Below, piece by piece: positions 1 to 14,345 of a stretch of DNA of 64,000 bases. The stretch's first letter is position 1. Each line of letters opens with the position of its first letter. Position numbers and translations under genes: made by a program. The stretch is from Batkoa obscura (Eukaryota): positions 124,001 to 188,000 of the forward strand of contig JASVEC010000011.1 in NCBI GenBank assembly GCA_030770535.1, read 5' to 3'. Below the pieces are notes generated by a model. The model made no database searches, was not told the origin of the DNA, and was given only the letters and a program-made list of their open reading frames with translations.

Positions 1-634
1 TACCAATGGTTGCTCTACAGGATTGATCTTAGGTCCATGCATAGAGTGACAAGTAATTATTTCTACATCCTTTGGTAAATATTTTTCAAAAGCCCCAATC
101 TCAGGTGCCTTTACTGAAGTCTAGATATTTATGAAATTATAACCAGTCATATATTTTTTACATTTCTCTTACCTGTCCTGCTACTATGGCTCCTACTTTA
201 GTGGCTATTTATTTGCTTAATCAATTTTTTATTAATATAGAATAATAATCACCTGGTCCATATAATCCTACCACTTTGTCCAGGTTCTCTGCTTCTACAG
301 AATAGATGATAAAATCACTTTGTCGTGATACTAAATACCCATCTTTTAATACTTTGATACCGCTATTGGCTATATTTTTGTTAAGTTATATAGATATATT
401 TTTAGTTATGGTTCTTTTACCAGGATATTTTGACAGTAACTCATCATATTTGGAAGGCAAATCACATATATTTACACTAAAGATGTATAAAATTAAAAGA
501 ATTAAAATTTTAAAAACTTACTTTTTCCAGCCGTTTGATTGAAACTGAGTTGCGTAAAGTTGTCCCATATCTCCTGCTCCTATTATTCCTATTTCAAAGT
601 TTTGTTTTAATTGCTCTATCTCCTGCCCATTCAT
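1..634 (-). CDS. TYR1: Prephenate dehydrogenase (5' part; multi-exon, runs off window start)
   Basis: Spliced minus-strand translation MNGQEIEQLKQNFEIGIIGAGDMGQLYA...DFIIYSVEAENLDKVVGLYGP..TKVGAIVAGQ.TSVKAPEIGAFEKYLPKDVEIITCHSMHGP. Rossmann GxGxMG plus TSVK and HSMHGP motifs of fungal Tyr1. Confidence 0.92.
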
Positions 635-957
635 TTTAGTTCTTGTTTAATATACTGGTTGTGTAGTTTTTTGATAGTTTAGTATTAAAAAAAAATTAAA
701 TTGTATTTAAGCTCAATTACATCACCCCTTTTTCTTCTTCCAAACAACTTTATTCCTAAATTTAAATTACCGATTAAGCAGTTTAAAAAATAACATAATT
801 AAATTAAGTCAAGTCCAAATAAATTTATTAAACAGTGATTTTTATTATTAAAAAATATGCTTTTTAAACAAAACTAATTCAATACTCTTATAAATTTAAT
901 ACAAATAATTAAAATTAAGCATAGCTTATTAATATTACATAATAACTAAGGCTTATA

Positions 958-1938
958 TTAATTCAAATGATTAGGAAATGATCTGAAATTATTGCTGTGT
1001 GGCATAGGGCCGATTCCAATAACCCATCCTAGCTTATTTTGAAATAAATAAATAGTCGCAACAAATTCTCCATTTGAAATAGAATTATGACGATCCAAAT
1101 CTGTTGCCCAATCGGTTACTAAAGCTCTTCCAAATAATTTTCCTTCCTTCATTTTAGTGCTGGCTATTTCAATACCTAAATTCCAATATTCTACTAGTTT
1201 TAAATAACATTCTTTCTTGAATTGATTATCTGCTTCATGATCCCAATTGGGTAGTCGATGTATTAAATCTGTAGCTAATCTCAAAAAGTTGAATATCATA
1301 CTTGGCATATCTTTTTCTGCTGTAAAAAAGTGGTCGGCATATTGTACCATTGATTCCTATTAATGCTTAGTTATGGTTCATAAAAACAAAAAACATCTTA
1401 CTCTAAGCTCAATCAATCTTGGCCTAACTCTAGTAAAAGAATATCGATCTCTGTTTTGTCCATCTCTATTATATGGGAATGACTCATGTACTCTCTTTTC
1501 TAGGTTAGAAAAGGCAAACGATACCGATTGGATAGTTGGACGTGGAACAGCAGCTAAAAAGTCAGAACGTAAGCCAGGATTAGCTTCAGTTACTTTTTCA
1601 ACTACTTCAAGAAGATCATCTCTTGATAATGAGTCTAAAAGGTAAGTTAAAGTCTTTTGAGAAACCAACTCTTTGCGATATCTCTTTTTTATTCCCTTGA
1701 TACGAAGCACCGCTGGTGGGGTATTATTAAAATGTTCATTGTTTGATACTGGAGAGCTGATTGATTCTTGGTTATTTCTACGTCCATAGTCTTCGTTTTC
1801 TGGTGAAAAGGAACGCTTATTGGATTCAGGAGCATGTTGAACTTCTTGAGTACTTTGAGAGGTGAAGTTAAAGGTATTTTGATTGATACTAGAGGTGCTT
1901 GTACCGAAAGCTCCAAAAACTGGTTGATGAGTGGCCAT
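958..1938 (-). CDS. STS1: Sts1/Cut8 nuclear proteasome tethering factor (2 exons, intron ~1358-1401)
   Basis: LLDSLSRDDLLEVV..PRPTIQS..ESFPY..DRYSFTRVRPRLIEL, then exon 2 FLRLATDLIHRLPNWD, typical of the Cut8/Sts1 family. Confidence 0.88.
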
Positions 1939-2058
1939 ATGATTAAATTTATAAAATAGACAAAAAAATAAAAAGCATTAATTTCTTATTTTCTAATTTA
2001 TTGTTAAGTACTAAGCATTCCAAAAGCCAAAATTGAGATTCATTGTTTAAACTACAAA

Positions 2059-2200
2059 TCATTGGTGGTTCACTGAATAATGATTGGGCAATAATAATAA
2101 ATTGCATTTATATTATTTCAATATTTAACCAAAAAAACAGTACAAGAAATTGGCCTACGACTTTACTGGCTTTAGCTATAATAATAGTGTGATTGGCCAA
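2059..2200. promoter_or_regulatory. Cluster of CCAAT (ATTGG) boxes upstream of STS1
   Basis: ATTGG occurs four times in ~140 bp (cattggtg, tgattgggc, aattggcc, gattggccaa). Similar AGCCAAT boxes lie near 3122, 7502 and 10338. Confidence 0.35.
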
Positions 2201-3241
2201 GTATTAATTTAACTCCTTCACCACACATATTTGATTCAAACAATAACGTTACTATACCCTAAAATATTACTGCTTTATTATACCCTAAAAAAACAAATAA
2301 TCTTTAAAAATAAGATAACATTATCAAATGTTTGCTTTAAATTTAAGTAATGTTATTTCTTTAAGCTTTTATAAAAAATAAGCTATTTCCATTACTTTAG
2401 CATTTTTACTAGGTAGAGAGATTATTAGTTAAACAGGTACCAGTTTTAATTTTAAGTCCCCTAAATTTAAATATTATTTAATGCTGCATAGCTTTAAAAC
2501 AAGGAAGTGTAAAGCAAGAAAATTAATAAGCAAGAAAAACAAAAATATAAAACAAGTGGAAAATAAGAAAATGATAAGTTACTGTTTACACTTTAAAACA
2601 ATGCCCTAATATAAATAAGTCCCTTATATTTTAAGTAATAGCATCAACCTTAATACAATAAAACTACAAATTGACTTATAATATAATATTTTAAGCTGAC
2701 TATTCTTAAATTTTTATTTGAAATAATGCTCTACAATTATGATGACTATTGCGGGACAAACAATATTATATTATTATACATGCTAAATTTTTTATAAACA
2801 ATAAAACTTATTTTCTCCTTTGCAGCTTTATTTTTACTTTTAGGTAGAAAATGAGTGATAGCTGAATAGACCACTGTAAGCACTTTTTCTACAATAAAAG
2901 ACTACAAATACTAGTTTTGACAATAACCTATACCTGCTGATAATAGAGTGCTTAACAACAAATGTTAGAACAATTGATAGTTATTATTGATAATTCTAAC
3001 TTTTAAGGTTGCAATCTGGTGTAGTATTAAATACCAGTATTTTATTATGGCTTAATAGCTTATTGTCTAATTATTATATACCTCGATGACTGTTACTCAA
3101 GCAATACTTAAAATCCGTAGCAGCCAATAAAATCTATAAAAATAGACAATGAAATATTAAAAGCGAAAGCTGATTTATCAAATTCAGCCTTTTAAATTGA
3201 AATTTCAACAATATCATTCAACAAACAGAAGTGCCTTAAAA

Positions 3242-4935
3242 ATGGGGCCATCAAATAGTAAAGAAAGGCAGGAAGTAAAAGTGACAAGGAGTGATCTTAA
3301 TGGGAACAAAATAAAAGAGGGAGATGCAATCAAAAGATCATTGAGTGATATCAATACTCAGGATAGAAAAGGACTTTCTAATTTAACAAAGATTTTGGCA
3401 GAATATGATAGAACGTTAAAACAAAGTAAGAAAGTATTGGTTAGTGCGAGTATTGAGGAAAGCATAAGGGAAGACGAAGTAAGTAAAGGTACTATAGTTA
3501 AGGATGACGGTACATCAGGCGCAAATGGGATTAATATGAGTGGTATTAAAAGCAAAGAGAATGTGAGAAAGGAAATAAATGATGTTGATGAAATCAAAAA
3601 TTATGAAGAATTGAATAGCAAAAGTAATACAAAAGAAAGTGGGATAACCATATTAAAAGAATATCCAGCCGATTTTCAAAAAGAAATAACAGATGATAAG
3701 ATGAATGAAAAAACGAAAAGGGATTTATTAGTAGTAAGTTCCGTCTTTAAAGAGATGGCAAATAAAATAAGAGGGATGGGAAGTGATAAGGATAGAGAGA
3801 AAAAGGAAAAGGAAGGTAACGATAATCAAGAGGAGGAAAGCAGTAATGAGAATAAAAAGAAAAAGGAAGAAGAAAAACAACATCAAAAGCAACTAGAAGC
3901 AATAAAAAAGTATTTAAAGAATATAGCGCAAAAGAAAAGGGAAGAGAAAGAAAGAGAGAAGCTAGAAAAGAAAAAGATAGTGATTGAAGACGACGACGCT
4001 ATTTATGAACAGAATAAAATTTATATAATTGGAAGTAAAGCATACAAAAGGAAAAGATATGAACAAGTTAAAAGGGTCTGTAGCATTGAAGAAGCTAAGA
4101 ATAAAATTAAACGCATCAATTCAGGAAATGTGGGGCTATTAAAATTGAGCAAGCATAGTGAATACAGTGAGGAAGTCAGTATGAATCATTTTAATAACAA
4201 TGTGCGAAATCATGAAATTGAAATTATAAATCTAGATAAGGATAGTGATAATGTGAGTTGCGGTAATTCAAATAAGGAAAAAAGTAGCAATAAAGTGGAT
4301 TCTAATGATTTCAATAATGATAGTAGTGGTGTAATAAATAATAAAAAGTAAATTAAATGTTTTGATTTAAACAAAAATAAACAAATTAAGTAATAGCTTT
4401 TTTTAGTATTAAAAAATTGTTTATTATTGAAATTAATCATTTAGAGTTTAAATATTTTGGAGATAGTAAGTGAAATAGATAAACCAATAATATTGATGCT
4501 AAAACAATTTTAATATTACTAGATAAACATTATTTTATATATAACAATGAATATATCTACCAATGCCAGTTCTTTGGCACTTTAATAGAGTTGGATTATA
4601 AATCAAAGCATGTTCAATTTAAAAGTAAATCAATAAGAATATTTGATATTAACAATGAAATTTATTTCCAATCCATGTTTAGTTGATGACAGTACCGAAT
4701 TCATAAACTGTATTTTATGGACGAATGATAAAAAAGAACACCAGCCATTAAATTTGGGTGACAACTTACATATTCATGGTTTGATATCTCTAGATAGAAT
4801 AGACTGCCGCCGAAAATTTATTAAAGTAAAAAAAATCAGTAAATTTAATATTATAAAATAAATTTTGTCAGTAATTTTTTTATTTTAGCCAAAATTTATG
4901 ATGTTAATTTCGAAGCAAAATATTACAATCTTTAA
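3242..4935 (+). CDS. Stn1/RPA32-like OB-fold protein with long charged low-complexity N-terminus (5 exons predicted)
   Basis: Exon 1 (3242-4347) ends at a gtaaat donor. Downstream exons splice to KHYFIYNNEYIYQCQFFGTLIELDYKSKHVQFK-IDDSTEFINCILW..LNLGDNLHIHG..KKI-TKIYDVNFEAKYYNL*, resembling the Stn1 N-terminal OB fold. Confidence 0.6.
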
Positions 4936-4941
4936 CTATTA

Positions 4942-7420
4942 TTATTCATATAATTCAAAATTGTTAACAACCCCACTCTCAACTTGTCGTTCACCTGTTG
5001 ACCCTCTTTTATTACATCTTTTGGTACTAAAGACTTCCAATACGTATACCTTGTAAACGAATAAATTAGTAATGATTTCATTAGACCAAATAATAATAGT
5101 AAATTACCATCGAAACAATTCCATCATAGGGGGGTCCATATCTAACCACAAATCTAAAGTAGATAGCCATTTTTTAAAGATGGCAGCTGATAACAAGGAA
5201 TCAAAATCATTGAATGGTATTATGTCTTTAAAGGATAATAGCAGATTAAATAAATCTAAAATATTATTGTTACTATTATACTATTATTATAATCATTGTA
5301 AACTTACTCAAATCTTGTTCACTCGGATTAATATCAAAATGTTGTTTTAATATATCTTCCAATCTTGGTATTAAGTTATTAACCATTAGTTTATCAAACA
5401 TACTTCTATCTAATATCTAACAACAATAAATGTAAATATAAAGTTACTAAATGATAATAATAATTACTTCTCTCCAAGGTAATATTAACTGTAATAAGTC
5501 TTCTTTTTTATCTGTTGGCTCCCATTCTTCAATTGCTTTTGCAATCCATTTTTTAACTGCTTTTATTAACTCTTTTGGCCATTCATTGTGTCGTCTATGT
5601 TTATCTTTGTTACCTAGTAACAATAAATTAATTTAACTCAATTCAACCAGTATTAAAGATAAATTTTTTACTTAATAATGGCAACCAAGGAAATAAATAG
5701 TAATGAATAGCAAACTTAAAATTTAAATTGGAAATTAAATTTGGTACAATAATATCGTTCATAATTATTTGAAATATTGAAGCACAAAACAAAGATTCCC
5801 AGCCTTGTAAAAACTGTATGATTTTGTCATCTTGGTCCATCCTTTGGTCCATTTCATCACTATTAAAATATTATTATTAATTACTTACTTATATACATAT
5901 AGCTATAATCTACCTAATAGTTTGCTTTAAAACAGGTAAAAATTCATTGAATACTAAATAATCGAATGGAGAATAGGCATTGTTAGGACTAAAGTAATAA
6001 GGTGTTAAATAAACATCATAGCAATAATATGTATAATAGCCACTTACTCTTCATTCTCAATTTCATTCTCAATAGTATTATTATTATTAACTTTAAACAA
6101 TAGCGGGTAATTTAAAATCAACTCAAACAATTGTAGTAAATTTGGATCTATTTGTTCAAAATTGAATCGTTTTAAATGAAGTTTAAACTAAAACTATTAG
6201 TTAGTTATTAAATAATGTTAAGATTAAACCTACTTTATCTTGTATTATATTAACTGCAATAAATTGAATTTTAACATAAATTGTGTTTAAATATTCTGAG
6301 TTTGAATTGATAATTGATACCAATAGTTCATTTAGCTCACTTAATTTTTTATTAGTAATACATAATTCATCATCACTGTTATTGCTGCCTTCTATACTAT
6401 TAATATTCAAAATAAAGCTTTTAATTTGGTCGAAATAGTTCACTTCTACTTGGTATTTATGAATAAAGTTGTACACATTTTCTTTTTCTAGCTGGTAATT
6501 ATTCAGTTGTAAATTTAGCAATTTCTTTTCATTGTAAATATCCAACAATTCTTTCTTAGTAACCTCCAAAATAACATTAACATCCTTAATCAAATTTTCA
6601 TCCTTTTCATTATTTTCTCTTCTTTGTTCAACACTTTTAATGATGTGATCTAGGTTTGGGTACATCACTATAGGCTTTTGAACTTTATTTAGTTTCCTTT
6701 CTTTGACCTCTTCTACCTCTTCCTGCTCACTAAAATTACCATCCACTCTTTCTCGGAATCCATTAAAACCCAACCCCATATTTTTATTTCGAACTTTTAC
6801 TTCGATAGGTGCTATCCTACCTGTACCATCTTTACCTAAACCTTCATTCTAAAAAAAACGTTTATTAACATTATTTGATATATTAAACAAATAAATTTAC
6901 TTTATTAAACCCCATCTTTTCCATCATTTTAAGTACTGTTTTTTTCTTGTCATGTTTTAAAAATGCACCAAAATCTCTATCTACTTGCCTTGATTGTTGA
7001 GGTTTCTTTTTGCTCGTTGCTTTATTCTTTTTAAAATTAGGTCGATAACTTACTTCCTCTTCTTTCTCAATTACATTGTTATTACTAAAGCTCACTCGTA
7101 CATCATCTTCTTCATTTAACTCTTCTCTACCAAAACCCATATGAGTATCCTCTTCTTCGCTTAATTCCTCTTTACTAAAACTCATCCTAATTTCTTCTTC
7201 GCTATCATCATCGTTGCGTACGACAAACTCAACTGGACTAATAGGAAATTAATTTTCTTTAATTAATAAATTAAAATATTTACTTTGTTAAATTTCTATC
7301 TCTTGTATCCATCTCTTCTTCTTCTTCTTCTTCTCCAAAGATACCATATATATCATCATCTTTATCTCTCTTCCTGAATCTTTTTCCTGTTGTATATTCT
7401 TCGTTTTCTGAGCTTGACAT
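4942..7420 (-). CDS. TFIP11: TFIP11/Ntr1(Spp382)-like G-patch + GCFC spliceosome disassembly factor (multi-exon)
   Basis: N-terminal RDKDDDIYGIFGE, G-patch LKMMEKMGF..GLGKDGTGRIAPIEVKVRNKNMGLGF, GCFC-type HYYLFPWLPLL and (W)YTYWKSLVP. Confidence 0.85.
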
Positions 7421-7609
7421 ATTATGCTACTTTTTATATCGAGATTATAGATGCTAAAAGTTAATCTCTTCAAGCTTGAAAACGAATATAAATTATCATT
7501 TAGCCAATCAACTATTAACTTTAAGTAACTTTATAACAGTATTAAAAAATGGAAAATTATATTTATTTGTGGCTTGTTTTAATTATTTAGAAAATAAAGG
7601 AATTGTGGA

Positions 7610-10228
7610 ATGAGTTATAATAATTTGAACCATTTTCATCAGACAAAATTTGAGGATTGTACACAATTACTATTTGATGCTTGTGATGGTAAATGAGTTT
7701 ATTTTATAAATTAGAGACAATAATTGAATTTGATAACATTTAGATTTACAAGTTGGAGAGCTAATCCATGGAGATAATTTTTCATTAATAGAAGCCATGT
7801 CGGTAATAGAGGTAGATAAAATTTTAATATTAAATTAAAAGGGTTTATTTAACAAATAACAAGATAATGGACCCAAAGATGGACTCTGGTTTAAATTTAA
7901 CAGTAGAAAGCGAAAACCAAGAAACAAAATTAAACCCAATTCAAAGTTATGACGTACATCAAGTTATTACTTTAAACCAATTACTTTATCTTATGGACGA
8001 TTTGTTTTGTTATGAAGTAAACTTACTATTATAATATTAAGATTTATTAAATATATTTAGTTAACTTGGTTTTCGGGCTATTCTTTAGGGCAGACGATAT
8101 ATACATGTCATTATGTAAGGAAAGTGAATCAACTACCAATACTAACCTCTAAAATGTATGATTTAAATTTTAAAAATGACCTTGAACTAAGTGAGTTTTA
8201 TTTAATGGTATTAAAAGTGTATATTATGGGATGTATAAAGAGTTGTCAATTAATATGGTCCGAGTTTATCAAAGGATATGGATATGAAGAAGAGGATTTT
8301 TCAACTAATAAAACAGGGCTCAGTTTTTATCCAGAAATAACAATACAACAGAGTATTAAATGGTTGGATGAAGTGGAGTATTTGATTTCAGAATATAGCA
8401 AAATGAAAGATAGGAAATCAAATATAGAAGAAAATGAGATACTAAAACAGTGTAAATTAAGGATCCAAAAGAGAAAATATTTTTTAAAGAGTATCAACTG
8501 CTTGAGTTTATTGTATTGCGAGGGATATCCAGATAGCAATAAGAGTTTGATTAAATTGAAACATCTGATGGAAAATGAGTTTAAGATCGAATTTAGTATG
8601 AATAATACGCAATCAAAATTGATAAAAGCATTTGATCCCAATCTAATTTGTTTATTAAACATCAATTGTCCACCAAGAAAAATCCAACAAATGAATCTTA
8701 GAGATAGTTACGACCAGTTTAGTGAACTAATCAAAGAATTAATCTTTACTACAGAAATCATCCATTATAAATCAAGTTTACATTTAAATAATTCGATTAA
8801 ACAATTTTCGGAAAAACATCCAAAAACTTCAGCAATATCAAGGTCTTTTTTATCAACCGCGATTTATTATGATCGACATTTTTTAGGTAAAGTATTGTAA
8901 TAAAGTAAATTTATGAATATTAAGATTCTATAGGTAAATTAGGGCTGATAAATATAAGTAGAGAAGTGTTAAGATATTACTATCCGAACTTATATGTGAT
9001 TATAGAGTACTTTAATAAGTATAAAAATGAACAGGTGATGCAAAAGATGCATGAGATTTTTATGGAATTTAATTTCAAATTGAGTCAATTTATATTACAT
9101 CAATATCAGTTATTAATCAAAAACCGTAGTCGACAATATAGATTATTAAAAAAGTATTTGAGACTGTTTAATCAACTTAAATACGATCAAACAGAGTTTA
9201 CAAATCAAATGCACGATTTATGTTTAAAAATGGACTTCACTGAAGATAATCAGGAATTATTACGTTTTAAAAATGAGATGAATTTAGGAATTAACGATTT
9301 AAATGTTTACTTATATCTTCATCAATATGATTCTATGATCAATTATCTAAAGATTGGGTTTGATTTACAGTTGTATAGCCATTATGAATACATCTTTATT
9401 TATTTTCAAATGGAATGTTTATTGAAGCAACAAATTAATTTTTATTACAAACTATTGAAGATAAATACGTGGAATCAAAGTATGCAATATTTGATCAGTT
9501 TAATTAAACAGAATAGTAATTATAAGCATAGTGAACATAACGATAGTAGGATTCACGATGATGAAAGTATGGGAAGAGCTAATAATCATTTATTACACCT
9601 CATCTATGCACAATTACAGTTAAAGTTATGTGAGATTATTAATATTATACTGTCACTCTTAATCCATTATCAAGTAGTTGAAGGTCCATTTAGGGAAAAC
9701 AAAATTAATTTGAATGAAAAGGATGAACTAAAATACCAATTGAGATTTCAAGCATTTTCAAATGTTAAATACAATTTAGATTATCTGACATTTGATGATT
9801 TAAAAAGTAAACTTGAGATTTATCAAGATTTAGTTAGCAATGACAAGAATAAAGGCAGCGGTAACAATAATAGCAATGGCAGCAGTAGTATAAATGGGCA
9901 TAGCAATAATAATACAAATGGTGATAACACTAAATCACATGATATCATAGATAATATATTAATCAATGAAATGGTACAGTATAAACTCAATAGACTATTT
10001 AAGCAACTGGGCCAGACTGTTGATTATATGAAGAAGCTGATGGTATGTAATGAAGAACATTTTAATCATTTGTTGACAATCAATTTGACTATGAAAGATT
10101 TGGATTTAATTCAAGAAAAGATTAACAATTATAAATCATTTTTAATTAATTTTAAAACAAGTTCTAAAGTCTCCCTAAAGCCATATATTACCTCCCCTAA
10201 ATCCGCCTGGCTACTTTCGTTTGTTTAA
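7610..10228 (+). CDS. MAK10: NatC N-acetyltransferase auxiliary subunit Mak10/NAA35 (multi-exon)
   Basis: [54 protein letters not shown] and GFDLQLYSHYEY motifs. Confidence 0.9.
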
Positions 10229-10417
10229 AGCCCGTTGTTGATATAAAATATAGTTTAATTTTAGTTCATTTTATTTTTTATTTTATAATTTGTCCTTATT
10301 CTTCCATCTATTTAATAAATTGTCACACAAACCTTCTAGCCAATAGAATAATGCCCTTTATATCAGCTAAAAACGTAGCATTTTTTCAAAATTATTTTTA
10401 AACTTTTAGAAGCAATA

Positions 10418-11717
10418 ATGATCAGAGATCGTACTAAGCTATTTGAGCAATTTAGAAAGGGATATGAGTATGAGCTAAATCTATCCCTAGATGATTATGA
10501 GTTACAAGAAATTAATAATAATACTATGAATACACAGAAATATAAAAAAAGCTTCAATAAAGAGTATGTTAGCCTGGATATGGATAACGGACAACTGGAT
10601 TGGTAAGTTAATAAATGGGAAGTTTTATTTTACTAATATTAACTTTTGTTTTTTAGGTTGAATTTCAAAGAGCAAGTAAATTTATATTAAATGATTAAGG
10701 AGGTGAGAGATTAAATATTGTTTATAGATTCAAGAGAATATAAAACAGGTGGAAGATGAATGTAATTAGCATTTAAATAACTAATTTAAAAATACTAATA
10801 AACTAGTAAAAAATCTAAAAACATTACATAAAAAGCGACTGATGCCGGGTTTCACGGATCGTTCTAACGAAGAAAAGGCAATATTAGAGTTAAGTGAACT
10901 AATTACAACGGTAATTTCTAACAAAGAAACATTTATTTTTAAAAAATTAAAGCTTTTTAGAAACTGAGAAAATGTCATCATCTATTACAGACATTGACCC
11001 GAGCATCAAAGAGCAACGACAAGAGTAGTTTAGTCATTAAAAATAGCACCATTTCATTAGCTATCCACCTACAAAACTTGTCCAACCAGTTTCAAACATT
11101 TCAGAAGGAATACGTGAATAGTAAGTAATATATGGCAAATGAAAATAAGCATTAAAAGCAATTCATTTATAGAATTGAGACAAAGAGAAGGAGGAATTGG
11201 TAATAAGGAGGGTAGTAGTACAAATTTAATTAATTTCAATGAGGATAGTAATATGGAAGATGTAACTAAAAAAGCAATAAAAATTATGCTCACTATTAAT
11301 TAATTTCTCACAATAGGAATACTCGTTTCAATTAGTAGAACAGGAAGTAGTGATGTCGGAAAATGAGGAGAGGATTATAATGGAGAGAGAAAGTGAAATT
11401 GATAAAATTACTCAAAGTATCAGTGAGTTAGGGGAACTGTTTCGCTCATTACAAAGTATGGTTATTGATCAGGGTACTCTTCTTGATCGTATTGATTATA
11501 ATGTAGAACAAATTGCTACAAACATTAAAGAGGCCAATGAAGAGTTGAATATAGTAAGCTGTTTTATGGAGACTAATATTTTCTTTCAAAACTAATTTCT
11601 ATTCTTTAGGCTACTACTTATCAAAGGTCAACCAAATCTAAATATTGTATAGTTCTATTAATTGTATTGATCTTAATTATGCTACTTTTGGTGCTGTTTA
11701 AAAGGTCTAAAAGATAA
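10418..11717 (+). CDS. TLG2: Syntaxin-16/Tlg2 t-SNARE (multi-exon)
   Basis: N-peptide MIRDRTKLF, LHKKRLMPGFTDRS, SNARE motif ERESEIDKITQSISELGELFRSLQSMVIDQGTLLDRIDYNVEQ and a C-terminal TM helix. Confidence 0.93.
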
Positions 11718-12287
11718 GTGAACATCGGATTAACTAATCATATTAATAATATTAATAATAAAGTTTATTTATATAATTATGTGATTGTTTTTTAACAATG
11801 TTAAACATGACAAACAGACATGTGATTTATCAATAGGTGATTTAACTTTATAATGGAAAGTGATTAATATGGTAAAAAAAATTATAATTTACTAGAACAT
11901 TTGTAATAATTAATTCATTTTCATAAATTACCAACCATCATAAAAATAAAAGCGATAAGGATAATAAGCTTATTAAAAACTTGAATTTTTAATTAATACT
12001 TTGCTCATTTTATTAATTTAATAAAAGAATCTTGATATATATCTCTGTTCATATATACATGAATTTCAACTTCAAGGTAAAAAACCCTATAAGAATATAG
12101 CACAAAAAAAGTCAGGATTGGAGTAAAAAATATACAAAAAAGTGAAAAAAGTAGACTAAAAAAGTAAAGTATTGATTTATATATTAAGTTTAGATTATAA
12201 GTTGAGCAAAAAATATAAAAATAAGCTTTAGTTTTTTTCAAATGAGAATACGTGATAAAATATAAGTTGCTAATCATTCATTCTTCC

Positions 12288-14345
12288 TCAAAACTCAGTC
12301 GGAAAATTCCTTATATCAAATAAGTGATCATGGATCATTTCTTGTTCTCCAACTTGATTGTTCTTATTTCTCGTTGCATCATGGTTCCATCGTGACATAA
12401 ACTGTCGATGCTGTCGTTCTGCATCGTACATTGTATCGATGAACGTTGCATTCAAATAAAAGCTGTTCCCTGACGCTAATGAAATATTAATTATTACCCA
12501 TTCATCAAATTTGACAATCATTATTTTACCTTGACTCTTACGATCCAAATGGATCTCTGGATCAGCTGTAGTTAAATCCGGGATATCTGCAAATGGATCT
12601 TCTTCTTCAATGATTGAGCACCATTTCATTTGTTCTGGGTCAAAGATCATGTTACCAACACGGCGTGGTCTCTTGCTTCCATTAAGATTGGTAATAAGGG
12701 CTGGGCGAGGAGGCGATACAGCATCGAAATCTTTTAATGCCTGCTCGTTACCTTCCCAAGTTTGAGTACGTGGATTAAATCTCATATCCCCAACGACTAT
12801 AAGTTGAATTTTAGTTTAGTGTTATGTTATTTACTTATCTATGTTTACCTCTTTCTGTTTTAAGAGAATTCAAGTTTTTAATGAGATGGGGTTTACTCTA
12901 AAATAAAATTAATAACTAGTTATTATTATCACGCATATACTTACAACTTTCTTTTTATAAGTTTTAACATTTGACTTAACAACCTCAATTTCTGAAAAAT
13001 GGCTAAGAAGAGTTGAATAACTTTCGCGAGCACCTAAGATACAAATTAATAAATGGTTAAACAACTTAAATCTAAATTTACTTTCTGCTTTTGGTGGATT
13101 TAAACGTTGGAATTTATGACCACTACGTAATTCAGGTTTTGATTGAACTGGAAGATTGTCAAACTCATCTAATTCAGTTCCATCTCCATAGTACTGTAAT
13201 TTCGACATTACTAATGGCTTAGAATTACTTGATAAATTAGTTTGTTTAGGGATTTGTAAACTTTTAGTTGGCATGGGCATGTTCAATAAATTGTTATTGT
13301 TTTGTAATATTCTTTTACTAATCGTATCGTTTGAACTTTTTTGTCGAAGTGCTTTACGTGAATATGTCTTATTTGATGAGTTGGCTTGTGCTATCATATT
13401 TGGTAAAGTATAAAGATCAAGCTTGATTGCATTTCTAGTGAGTATACGAGCTGCTGGTGTCACGCTCTTACGTTTCAATAGCCTATTTTGTTCTGCTTTA
13501 ATGGTAAACACATTATCATTTGGAACTTCAATATCTTGTAACCAATCTTCTTCGCGATTAACTGATGGTCGATATGGCCTTCTTTGCGCTAACTTCAAAG
13601 TGCTCATAGACTCTGGGAAAGCAACATCATCCCAATGTTCAGTACTGCTTTCTGGTGTGATTGGTGGAAAAATCTTTTGAGGTGTTTTACTGCTCGATGG
13701 TCCAGCAGTATCTGAAGTAAAAGCAGCATCCAAATCATCTCCATCAAAATTCAGCTCAAGTGGTATATCACGTTCATGAGGAGAGAGCTGAAGTCTCAAT
13801 TTGCCATCAGGTAAATTGAAATCATTTTCTCCGAATTGTTCTTCTTCAACTGAATTTAAGCTTGAGAATCGACTAAATGTTGAAGCACGTGAAGGCCCTG
13901 GATCCTTCTCTCCTCCAAAAAAACCATCAATGTCGTCTGAAAATGAGATACTTCTAGGCTTAATTGAAAATCCATTTTGTGGTATAACTATATCTTCGCC
14001 CCAATCCGAATGCTCAGAACTCACTGATCGCTTTGAACCAGATAATCGTGTTACTGTTCCTGGTCCATTGTAGCTTGAAAGAAACTTTGATACTGAATCT
14101 AAAGATGGTTTATGTAAAGGTAGTTGAAACTCTGAGTTTGAGAAAGCATCAGAATAATCATTATTTTCAACTTGTGTTTGATCTGATTGAATTGTTGTTG
14201 TTGTGTCTTTGCGAGGTAAGGTGTTGAATGACAGTCCACTGTCAGGTAATTCAATGTCATCCCAATTACTTAACTCGTCCTCCTCCCTCTCATTGGCCTC
14301 CATATATTCTGAAAGGTCAATTTTGTTAGTGGAATGACCCTCCAT
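12288..14345 (-). CDS. BYR4: Byr4/Bfa1 two-component GAP subunit of the SIN/MEN (multi-exon)
   Basis: YGDGTELDEFDNLP, VGDMRFNPRTQTWEGNEQALKDFD, RPALITNL and VGNMIFDPEQMKW, which are diagnostic Byr4/Bfa1 repeats. Confidence 0.88.

Noticed and set aside
306..14227. Short ORF-track entries antisense to or overlapping real genes (e.g. 306-542, 1373-1645, 3358-3597, 8327-8665, 13423-14227)
   Set aside because: Explained by spliced genes on the opposite strand or in another frame, with no independent motifs.
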